Made by a program: the position numbers and the translations under genes. A stretch of DNA of 64,000 nucleotides from Nitrososphaerales archaeon (GTDB taxonomy: Archaea > Thermoproteota > Nitrososphaeria > Nitrososphaerales > UBA213), in contig CBDAOC010000018.1 of assembly GCA_965197925.1 (NCBI GenBank), forward strand, positions 239,346 through 303,345, written 5' to 3'. Under the pieces are notes generated by a model. That model made no database searches. It saw nothing but the letters and a program-made list of their open reading frames with translations, and was not told the DNA's origin. This document shows positions 41,569 to 50,027 of this stretch, in pieces (positions within the stretch are counted from its first letter, which is position 1; each line of letters opens with the position of its first letter).

Positions 41569-42315
41569 TCAGTCTTCGTTATCTACTGAGGCATCCGGTA
41601 TTTCAAATTAATGAATGACTATTTTGTCTATTAGAGACGGCAGAAGCCTATTTAGGCGGGTTCGTAAGTTCAACTTAATCTTCTTGTTATAGAGGATTAA
41701 ACTGCTGAAATATTGATATTTATGGAATCTATTTGTGTTACTAAATATGTCAGATATGTGAAAGTGTAGTAGTAAGTACATTACAATGCGTAGTAGAAAG
41801 ATACCAAATAAGCTAACCTAAGTTGGAAGCGTTGCAACAAGTATTCTGACTATCTACTTGGTACTTCGGCAAACAAATTCTAGGTTAATATCACCAAATA
41901 ACCATCTAATTTTTCTATTTTGATAAAATGGAGTGAATTAATTAATGACAGTTTTATGATTTAGCAACATTTGTTTTTTTCTTGATTTTACCTTGTAGCC
42001 ACATTTATTTTGGATTATAATATCTTATTTTGATATTATAGAAGTGTAACATGATAAATTCAAATGAAATGTGGTACAATTGAAAATATTTCTCCTAAGC
42101 TATTTGTGTAAATACCCAAACATCGAATCTCCTTTTTCCGATAGGAATTCCTGGAGGTTTTGGTCTGCCTCCCGATTATCTAAGGACAGCTTACTCAATC
42201 TGCCTCATTCTTAATTGAAGTCATCTTTGGACTATGGCATCATAACCATTAAAATATCACAAATTGTTCTTTCTATATATTTACTATAATATAGGAGAAA
42301 TAGTTCTTGCGGGAA

Positions 42316-42999
42316 TTACTTATTGATTAGCTCAGCACTTAACTCAAAATAACCACGAACACCATCCCAATGTTTTTTTCCTTGTTTTGCTTCTATACGC
42401 TTTCTGAATATCGGGCAGTCAAGAACAAAGGTTTCTCCTTCACCACCTTCAAATGCAATGCTGAATCTATATTTCTTGCTTAAACTCTCAAGCTCTCTCA
42501 TTGCCGTGTAATCCAGTATACGTCCCAACCATTTCTCGTCCAAACCTTGTGCTGAAACGCCAACGATCATTATCACGAAATTATGCGCAAGGAGTTCCTG
42601 CATGTATTGGGTTTGATCAACACGCCAGCTTGGACTATAACACTTTAAACCAACTTTATTACAAATTCTGCGAAAATTGGCCCATTGGAACTCACTTGCC
42701 AAGGCACCAGTTAATACACCATCAATGTCGAAAGACGTTTTTGCTCTTATTAATGCCTGTTCGAGCGCATCAAGCTCCTGTTCCTTACTGTTGCACCTTG
42801 ACTTCGTAATTATCAATGGTGTGCCTAAACATTCTGCATGGTAAGATGTGAAGTAAGCGTTAGGATAATGAAAGAATAAACTATCATCTCTTTCTGGTAA
42901 TATTGTAATCAAGCATTTTACTTGATGGTGTTCCTTTAGAGCCTTGTAAACTGAAAATGTACTATCCTTTCCACCAGAGTACAATGCCGCAAGCTTCAT
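42316..42999 (-). CDS. Diphthine-ammonia ligase-like PP-loop ATPase (MJ0570/Dph6 N-terminal family)
   Basis: MKLAALYSGGKDS PP-loop and EGGEGETF block. Confidence 0.78.
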   Translation of the reverse strand: MKLAALYSGGKDSTFSVYKALKEHHQVKCLITILPERDDSLFFHYPNAYFTSYHAECLGTPLIITKSRCNSKEQELDALEQALIRAKTSFDIDGVLTGALASEFQWANFRRICNKVGLKCYSPSWRVDQTQYMQELLAHNFVIMIVGVSAQGLDEKWLGRILDYTAMRELESLSKKYRFSIAFEGGEGETFVLDCPIFRKRIEAKQGKKHWDGVRGYFELSAELINK

Positions 43000-43339
43000 C
43001 TCGTATTATAATCTAATTTTACAGGCCATCTATATCTTTTCCTTTAATTAGTCGAGATTCTGGTATAATCCTTCTGATAGTAGTTTCTTTTACTATTGCA
43101 GATAGGGTACATCCTCCCCTGCAGCATAATTCAAGCAACTTTACATGTTCTTCTTCTGTTAATTTAGTGACAAAACTCGTGGAGTCATTGTAGACCTAAT
43201 AGACTAAAGCTAAACCATGGTCTAGATGTTTCTGCGCTAATTCAATCTCAGTGTTATCTTTTCTAACGCTTCCAGAAGATAGTTGAGAGAATGAATCCGT
43301 TCAAAGTGCACACATTCTATGTTGTTTTCCATACAACCA

Positions 43340-43641
43340 TGCATTATTACAGTTCTATCAATCTGAACTTGGGTAGTACATACACTCTCTCAGGAGCGTA
43401 AGCATTGAACCTTTGTTAGAGCATATGAAGGATGTATTTGCAATCGATCCATTACCAGTTAGAAGGTTCTAAATAGCAAGGAGTATAATGCTGCTATCAG
43501 TATTGTTGTATCAGGTAATGGTTTACTACAACTATCTAGCAAGAAGACCATTAAGAGAAATGAAGTATATGTTGGGCAGTTAGTTAAACTGCATCCATAT
43601 GGGGCAGATATTCTTATTGCTTAATTATTCCCAACCCTCAG
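43340..43641 (+). mobile_element. 3'-terminal fragment of a diverged IS-A relative
   Basis: Aligns to the last ~300 bp of IS-A (ttctatcaatc.gaa.ttggg..., ...ttattcccaaccctca terminal repeat). No 5' part is present. Confidence 0.6.
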
Positions 43642-43887
43642 TTAGTTATTCTAAAAGTTTTTCTAATGTATCAAGATCTCGATATTTTGAATTTTATGCT
43701 GATAAGGATCTATTCCACAAATAATAATTATCCACTATCTCCCATTTTTCCAAAGTATTATGAAGGTGCTATCATAGAACTAGAGTGTTCTGCATCAAAA
43801 CTTTTCTTGTGTTATGTAATGATCTGAACGATCGTTACTGAGTATAATCAGGGGCAGTCCATATATCTTTCTGCCTCTAACAATATT

Positions 43888-44302
43888 TTAACCCTTTACC
43901 CTTACTACCATGGTTCTATCAAGCACCTTCCAGTATTCTACTTCTACTCCTTGTTGTATCTTGGGCTTTGCATTTTCATCAATTGCTTTGGTATCAAAGA
44001 CCTCGAAGGTTTCAAGATCCATGATCTGTAAGTTATCATCTGTCATTGCTATAATCTGCCCATTTCTCTTATCTATGAGAGGAGTCTCTACATTAGAATC
44101 TACGGGAGAAACAAGGCTTCTTCTAGTGCCATCAAACACACCTATGCCAACAACCCTTGCCTTTGCAGAACCATGCTATCTGGGCAGTTCAATACTGCAT
44201 TCCAGGCTTGCTTTTATCATAGGATACGATCCTGCAGGGCTCTTCATCAATTAGTATGTAAGATCCTTCCTTCAAACTTCCAAGATCTACTGGCTTACTC
44301 AT
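43888..44302 (-). CDS. eif5a: Translation initiation factor 5A, interrupted by a 22-nt insert (exon 1 at 44200..44302, exon 2 at 43888..44177)
   Basis: Joining the two exons gives a 393-nt ORF: [55 protein letters not shown]...VRVKG, with the hypusination motif. Unspliced, the frame stops at TGA after KPGMQY. Confidence 0.85.
44178..44199 (-). other. Candidate bulge-helix-bulge intron in the aIF5A pre-mRNA
   Basis: RNA ...CUGG AAU GCAGU AUUGA ACUGC CCAG AUA GC.... Central 4-bp helix, two 3-nt bulges, inner 5-bp helix. Cleavage after nt 2 of each bulge removes exactly 22 nt. Confidence 0.65.
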
Positions 44303-44985
44303 ATTATTCACAAACATAGTTGTGATATTTAACATTTACACATTTAGAAATATCCATACTTTGAAGAACTCTTAAGTGATTCCAAATCAAGATATACATC
44401 GCACTGTTTCCCTTTAGTATATATGAAATCTAATTAAGAAATCTATCTTCTAATTTTGCTTTTCCGCATTATGGAAGTCATTCATATTATTCACTACTTT
44501 CTCCATAAGGCTTTGAGTTACATAAAAGACAAAGAAACACTAAACAATTTTTACTCTGGCTCGTATATAAAGAATTCATTCTTAGAATGTATTGCAAGTT
44601 CTGTATTCCGCATAACTTCGCGTATCAAACTTCTATTCTTCTGATTGTTTGTAGTTGACACAGATATACCAACAGCCCTTACACCTTGATATATTCTTGC
44701 CCAAGCCGGTATGGAGGACATTTCCTTATTCCTATGCTAATAATTCCCAGCATTCCCTATGACGAGTATCAAGTTTTCAATGACTCCAATCTCTAGATAT
44801 GAAACATTTTTTTCATATCCTGGTGAGGTTAAAGGACTCGTAAATTGACCACTAAAGATTCTGATTAGAGGATAATGTTACTACAAAGCCACAATCCAAG
44901 AGAATTACCGCAGAAAGCATCATCACCCAACTTGATTTAATACCAATATTCAATATGAATACATATGTAGATAATGTTAATATTT

Positions 44986-45357
44986 TTATTCCTTAAGTTC
45001 TGAGAGAACAGAAAAACTTACTAGATTGTTAATGCTTATTCCCTTCCTTAGGATTTCCTTAAGGGTCCTTTCGCAGTACTTTCTATCACTTCTATGGCTT
45101 TTCTCGCTTTCTAACTCCAGTAGTACAATATCTTTTAAATAAGGAAATCTGAATTTTAAAGAGGGTTCAGATATTACCCCCATTTCCGTCAATGAAGCAG
45201 TTCTCAATCTTTCTCTCTTTCGTAAAAATACATATTCCATTTCATCAAGAGTATCCTGATCGTATGACTGTTTGATGAAATATATAGATAGATAATTCAA
45301 TTTAGCCAACACTGGCGTCTGAAATAACAACTTCTTTTTGAAAAATACAAATGACAT
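44986..45357 (-). CDS. Hypothetical protein
   Basis: 123-aa ORF, 15 nt downstream of 45373..45600 on the same strand. No family recognised. Confidence 0.3.
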   Translation of the reverse strand: MSFVFFKKKLLFQTPVLAKLNYLSIYFIKQSYDQDTLDEMEYVFLRKRERLRTASLTEMGVISEPSLKFRFPYLKDIVLLELESEKSHRSDRKYCERTLKEILRKGISINNLVSFSVLSELKE

Positions 45358-45372
45358 TTTATCTCCAGCATA

Positions 45373-45600
45373 TTAATTAAGTTCCTTTTTTACATATTCA
45401 AAATCCGAAAAAGATGCTAGCAAGTAGTAATTTGAGTAATTTGGAAAGTAAGATTTACCCTCAAGAGAGAACGTAGCCGTTGCAGAATATATTTCCTGTA
45501 TATTATTAGATTCTTTCCAGATGTGCTCCAATGTTTTATAATCGATATTATTAGAATTTGGTACGCAAATATATCCCCACATTATTGTCCATCTATACAA
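45373..45600 (-). CDS. Hypothetical protein
   Basis: 75-aa ORF, no family recognised. Confidence 0.3.
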   Translation of the reverse strand: MYRWTIMWGYICVPNSNNIDYKTLEHIWKESNNIQEIYSATATFSLEGKSYFPNYSNYYLLASFSDFEYVKKELN

Positions 45601-45683
45601 TGCTATTCTAAATATAATAACCTTAGATTATATTTTTTTCAATGTAGGAACCCGAAGAGATTTAAAACGAGTAAATTACGTAT

Positions 45684-45721
45684 AATTTACCTTATATGGT
45701 TAAATTTACCTTATATGGTTA
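45684..45721. repeat. Tandem repeat 2 x 19 bp (aatttaccttatatggtta) overlapping an 8-bp-arm palindrome
   Basis: Read directly. Palindrome gtaaatta-cgta-taatttac at 45671-45690. Lies 70-120 nt upstream of the 45373..45600 ORF. Confidence 0.85.
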
Positions 45722-45949
45722 AAAATTCAAGATATAATGTTAATCCTATTGAGTATCATTTATAGCTTTAGTACATTTAAGATTTTCCAAGCAATTAGCA
45801 CGTTTGTTAAACTTTGTAGTTGATGTTTGATTTCAGTTAGCAATTTAATCTAATACAAAGTAACACAGTTTGGTTTAAGAAAATCCATCCCTTCGTCGTG
45901 TCGAATTATTACCATATTATAGCAGTTATCCAAACCCTTTTGGATTTAT

Positions 45950-46380
45950 TGCAATGAACATGTTGAATATGGATGCTTTTAGCATGTCCCTGTTTGCTAC
46001 CTTTATGCCAGAGGAATCTGCAGTTATTACAATAACATCCTCCATAATTGATGGATCTATCTAGATGTCCATCTTCGCTACTCTCCATACTATGTTTGTG
46101 AAGTGAGGTGCATTCAGTCCCTTTACATGTTTACTTACTTCACCCTTGTGAATCCTTCTAACTGCCTGTATGGTAGCAGGTAAGCATGTACAACAGAAAG
46201 CATCGCTAGGAATGATTCTGGATACAGGAATGGCGTGCCTACCTTACCTTCATTCATTCTTACAAGCTCATCAGGCCATGAATTTATGAAATCCATATCA
46301 AAAAGTATCACTCCTCTCCTTACCAGGGCTTCATTGCAATCCTTCCAGTTCCATTCAGGTATGAATCTCAATGATAACAA
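45950..46380 (-). pseudogene. Remnant of an IS5-family (IS903-like) transposase gene
   Basis: 46135..46380 encodes WKDCNEALVRRG...GTPFLYPESF...LPYRQLEGF, an IS5/IS903-type N-terminus. Downstream a shifted frame with a stop reads ...VIVITADSSGIKVANR and then the similarity ends. No terminal repeats identified. Confidence 0.55.
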
Positions 46381-46448
46381 GTGATCAAAATTTCATTCCA
46401 TCTAATATTCACGATCTTCTAGTTGATGATTCGACACAGCAAATAGTT

Positions 46449-47357
46449 CTATTGGGTATAAGAGTCACTAAGAGGGATACTCTTTGTGCTATTAGCAATG
46501 TGCCAGATAGGACTTCTTACATCTTTTGGAAACCTTGAAAGGTAAATAGGGAGTGAAACGTAGGCTATTGCTGTCGCGATCATACCTTTCGGATCTTGAA
46601 GTGCTTCCTTAATAGTTTCTTTGAAAATTAAGGAATGAGGCAATTTCAAGTTAAATTTGTCGATATAGTCATTTATATGCGAATGTCCATTCACAGCTCT
46701 TACAACCTGGGATGCAAAATCAAGCATTCTACAAGCTGGTTTGAACCAAACTACAGCCTCATCGCAATAATAAATTTTGTAGCCAAACTCCATTACTATA
46801 CACTGTAGGTACAGATCCGTCGCTATTATGTCAGGAACAGTTATCATTTTTGCTAAATCAGCATGAATAGATAATCCTCTACCCATGACTGTATACTGTG
46901 ATAACATCTGCTTCCTGACACGCCTTAACCAGAATGCATTAAAGGATGATGCCTTCGCTGCAATACCTTTCTGATTTAGTGGTAATGGGTTCGAGGCACA
47001 TATCCCAATATCATCCCTTAACTTCGATGTCAGCAAATGTGTAGTATCCTTACCAGGTAGTACATCCGCATCATACAAAACTATTGTATCACCTCGGGCA
47101 TTCCTAAAAATCTCATTCCAGGCATTGGCAACGCCTCTTCTTCTATTGTGATGTAATAATGATATATCAATTCGAGATTTTCTTGCAAAATCATTTACTA
47201 ATTCGGGTGTATTATCCGTGGAATCATCAGAAATTATTATCTCATCTATTCTATTTTCTCCATCCATAACTTGAGCATCCAGCACTTCAAGTAGAATTCT
47301 TATGCTATTCTCTTCGTTGTATGATGGTATACCTACCGTAATCCGCATACTTTTCAA
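46449..47357 (-). CDS. Family 2 glycosyltransferase
   Basis: GIPSYNEENSI, SDDSTDNT and YDADV (DxD) motifs. Confidence 0.85.
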   Translation of the reverse strand: MKSMRITVGIPSYNEENSIRILLEVLDAQVMDGENRIDEIIISDDSTDNTPELVNDFARKSRIDISLLHHNRRRGVANAWNEIFRNARGDTIVLYDADVLPGKDTTHLLTSKLRDDIGICASNPLPLNQKGIAAKASSFNAFWLRRVRKQMLSQYTVMGRGLSIHADLAKMITVPDIIATDLYLQCIVMEFGYKIYYCDEAVVWFKPACRMLDFASQVVRAVNGHSHINDYIDKFNLKLPHSLIFKETIKEALQDPKGMIATAIAYVSLPIYLSRFPKDVRSPIWHIANSTKSIPLSDSYTQ

Positions 47358-47382
47358 AAACTAAACATTAATTTAACCTTCA

Positions 47383-47646
47383 CTAAGAAAGTTGGATACT
47401 GAATAGATTTGTACTTATGATCGAGCCATTTCGTGTAGTCTTCACCTTGGAAATTACAATGTTATGAGCCCAAATTGTCACCATTATAGAACCATCTGGA
47501 ATTCCTTCTGGTCGGTCGATAACTATCATGTCAGACATTTCAACACCACACTCCACGAGTTTGTTCTTGCACTGAAGTACCAACTCTTCAGAATAGCCAG
47601 TATTGTAAAGGTAAACACTACCCTGATATTCGAGTCTATTAGTCAC
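47383..47646 (-). CDS. Hypothetical protein
   Basis: 87-aa ORF upstream of the GT2 gene, no family recognised. Confidence 0.3.
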   Translation of the reverse strand: MTNRLEYQGSVYLYNTGYSEELVLQCKNKLVECGVEMSDMIVIDRPEGIPDGSIMVTIWAHNIVISKVKTTRNGSIISTNLFSIQLS

Positions 47647-47732
47647 TAACTATCAGTTGAAAATAGTAGGAAAAAAATCTTTCATTTCGTGCTAGATAAT
47701 TATTTATTTGTCTGCAAGGGTAGCACCTTAGT

Positions 47733-47874
47733 CCCGTGGTAGCTCAGCCTGGTAGAAGTTACTATCTGCCGAAAGCTTCCGGCTGTAGTGGTTGGCTTAT
47801 AGCCGATCGGTCTCAGCGTACACAGGCTAACAGATACCGGACCGTCGCAGGTTCAATTCCTGCCCACGGGACCA
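47733..47874 (+). tRNA. tRNA-Tyr (GUA) with two introns; 3' CCA encoded
   Basis: C1-G72 acceptor CCCGUGG/CCACGGG, as expected for archaeal tRNA-Tyr. 18-nt intron at 47756..47773 in the D-arm (about 22/23). 47-nt intron at 47789..47835 at 37/38, with a perfect CUGU/ACAG central helix and bulges AGU and AUA. Mature loop is CUGUAGA. Confidence 0.88.
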
Positions 47875-47942
47875 AACTTCTATTGGACATGTATAATGAA
47901 TTCATTCGTAATACACATAAATGGGGAAAAGGTAGAGCAGTT

Positions 47943-48440
47943 ATGAGAAAGGAATACGTTGTTGTAAGAATAGACGCAGCACCAGATGGGAGCCCACAAG
48001 TGTTTGTTGCACTTTCTGATCCTAAAGATGTTAAGGATAGGGGTCAAACACAAGTTGGTGGGACACAAATGATGGGCAGTTTCGGATCCATGGAAGATCT
48101 AATGAAGAACATAAACAAAATGTTTAGTAGCCAGATGATGGGTGGTTTTACAACTACATTGAAATTTAGCATAAAAGAATACGAGGATTCAGGGATAAAG
48201 GTAGGGGATAAGGTCCATCTTGATGTGATAAAGCCTACAGGTGAAAGAGCATCAAATGAGTTATTACTAAGTCCTGATCAGATGCAGAAATATGAAAGTG
48301 TGGTAAGCAACTTGAGCGATTTCGGTATTAAACCAAGTGAATGGTCTACCTTGCGGGATGATATTTTGAATATGATAAATAAAGGGGTGCCGGTAAGGGA
48401 GATTGCTGACTCAGTGACACGCAGAATAAAGGGAAAATAA
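47943..48440 (+). CDS. Hypothetical protein (start trimmed to avoid the tRNA)
   Basis: ORF-track 47736..48440 starts inside tRNA-Tyr. Plausible starts are ATG 47889 or 47943 (MRKEYVVVRID...). Confidence 0.4.
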   Translation: MRKEYVVVRIDAAPDGSPQVFVALSDPKDVKDRGQTQVGGTQMMGSFGSMEDLMKNINKMFSSQMMGGFTTTLKFSIKEYEDSGIKVGDKVHLDVIKPTGERASNELLLSPDQMQKYESVVSNLSDFGIKPSEWSTLRDDILNMINKGVPVREIADSVTRRIKGK

Positions 48441-48525
48441 TTCTAGTCAATGTTTATTGAGTTACGACTTTTCATTATATGAAAAGGCTAGGTAAACTTA
48501 TATAATTGTAGTTAAACTGAAGGCT

Positions 48526-49287
48526 ATGAATGGTATACCTGTAATAGCGGTTTTTGCAGGGTTGTCGCTGTTACTAACAATGGTCTCAATTGATGCCTTT
48601 GCAAATGTTACAGATAAAAGAATGGTTACTAATATTTTACTAGACCAAATAGAGGAATGCCAAAACAGTATATGCAATGCAAAGGTCTTCACGGATGATA
48701 TCGTAAAATTCACAGGTATGTTAACAGACCGTTCTGGAAATCCTATACGAGATAAGGAAGTGAAAATAATTACTTTGATTCCGACTCCCGAACTCGTACT
48801 ACTAACAAGTGCTATTACTGACGATGATGGGATATTCACCGCAGAATGGACTGCAAAGTTTTCCAAACAGAAAGCTGCATTTCAGGATGTAACAAGAAAA
48901 TTTAAATCGGATTCATTTGAGGTTTTTGCAGAATTTACCGGTGATGAAGCCATTGGACCATCTAGATCGAATAAGCTTTCTATTACTGTATCGGTAAATA
49001 ATGTAAGTACGATGGTAAACTCTGATAAAACACTATACAATGAAGGCGGTACCGTAGTGATCTTCGTCGCATTCATTGATAGTAATGACGAATTCATCGA
49101 TCCCGTAAGTATACACTCAACATGGAACAATCAATTTATCAAGTTGGAAAAAAAGAAGGTGGGTTCATACACATTTACAATTGAAAATCTTGTAAAACAA
49201 CATCATCAGGTACTTGTAGTACCAGAGAAACAAGGATTTAATGCATCTACAGCATTTTTAACAATAATAGTGGCAGGACTACGATAA
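48526..49287 (+). CDS. Hypothetical secreted/membrane-anchored protein
   Basis: N-terminal hydrophobic signal-like segment (IPVIAVFAGLSLLLTMVSI), beta-rich remainder. Confidence 0.4.
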   Translation: MNGIPVIAVFAGLSLLLTMVSIDAFANVTDKRMVTNILLDQIEECQNSICNAKVFTDDIVKFTGMLTDRSGNPIRDKEVKIITLIPTPELVLLTSAITDDDGIFTAEWTAKFSKQKAAFQDVTRKFKSDSFEVFAEFTGDEAIGPSRSNKLSITVSVNNVSTMVNSDKTLYNEGGTVVIFVAFIDSNDEFIDPVSIHSTWNNQFIKLEKKKVGSYTFTIENLVKQHHQVLVVPEKQGFNASTAFLTIIVAGLR

Positions 49288-49432
49288 ATTAATGTACTTT
49301 TCACATGATTTAATATCTAGTAAGCATGATATTTTATTCTCTCGTCACCAGTAACCGAGATCATTATCATCATGCAATATGAATTTGAGAATTTAATGGA
49401 TTTATATACATCATAATATTGCTTGAATTCGT

Positions 49433-49543
49433 GCGGTCGTCGTCTAGATAGTCAGTCGATAATGTATCGACTGATTAGGATAAATTGGTCTAGGACGCTG
49501 GCCTTCCAAGCCCGCGACGCGGGTTCAAATCCCGCCGACCGCA
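49433..49543 (+). tRNA. tRNA-Gly (UCC) with a 36-nt D-loop intron; CCA not encoded
   Basis: GCGGUCG/CGACCGC acceptor, GCGGG-UUCAAAU-CCCGC T-arm, loop CUUCCAA. Intron at 49448..49483 (about 15/16) has central helix GUCU/GGAU, bulges AGA and AAA, and a 12-bp inner helix. The anticodon stem carries a U28-C42 mismatch. Confidence 0.82.
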
Positions 49544-49595
49544 TATAGTTTACTAATGACCAATAAAGGCAATCCATAGATTTCTATACTAGTTA

Positions 49596-49946
49596 TCAAA
49601 AGAGTCCATACTTCGAAGTTTCTAACTCAGATTTTAGATCCATTTTCATTTCACATCCTCGTTCTTTCAGTTTTGCAGTAAGCCAATTCATAAACTTTTT
49701 TTCAAAAGTCTTACCTTTCATATTAAGAAATTCATTTCCCAGTAAATTTGCAATCTTAACAAGTAACTGACTACAAACAGACAGTGTTAAGAAATACCAG
49801 CCGAACGTGAATTGTGGTTCACTAAGAACAAAGTCATCCTTCCCATGAACAAATTCTTCTACTTCCATTAGCGCTTTATTAAGTATCTGACTATCCCTAT
49901 CATAATTCATAACGGCAATACTGATCTCTACACTGTCATTTACCAT
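49596..49946 (-). CDS. Hypothetical protein
   Basis: 116-aa ORF, no family recognised. Confidence 0.3.
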   Translation of the reverse strand: MVNDSVEISIAVMNYDRDSQILNKALMEVEEFVHGKDDFVLSEPQFTFGWYFLTLSVCSQLLVKIANLLGNEFLNMKGKTFEKKFMNWLTAKLKERGCEMKMDLKSELETSKYGLF

Positions 49947-50027
49947 ATATCATATATGTATAATTATTTAATAAACCTTGATTACGGATATAGATTTAAC
50001 CTATTGCTTTAATGGAAAATTCATGGT

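Noticed and set aside
41569-42315. The 750-bp gene-free region upstream of srp54 as a possible SRP RNA or other structured RNA
   Set aside because: The region is AT-rich, without the GC-rich helices that make the tRNAs stand out. Only a short GGAGG/CCTCC hairpin (about 42154..42175) was seen, which is not enough to call an RNA gene.
43020-43195. Ribbon-helix-helix-like minus-strand frame as a CDS
   Set aside because: There is no start codon after the upstream in-frame TAG, and it is shorter than 60 aa. It is mentioned only as a probable fragment within the degraded patch.
44178-44199. The 22-nt aIF5A insert explained as programmed ribosomal frameshifting or simple readthrough
   Set aside because: The insert puts a TGA in the upstream frame 4 codons after the junction, and 22 nt cannot be bypassed by a single +1/-1 shift. 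No slippery site is present. Plain pseudogenisation remains possible, but it does not explain why the insert forms a BHB whose cleavage sites restore the frame exactly.
47736-47942. N-terminal 69 codons of ORF 47736..48440
   Set aside because: This part overlaps tRNA-Tyr (47733..47874) in the same orientation and translates the tRNA sequence. The CDS was trimmed to an internal ATG.
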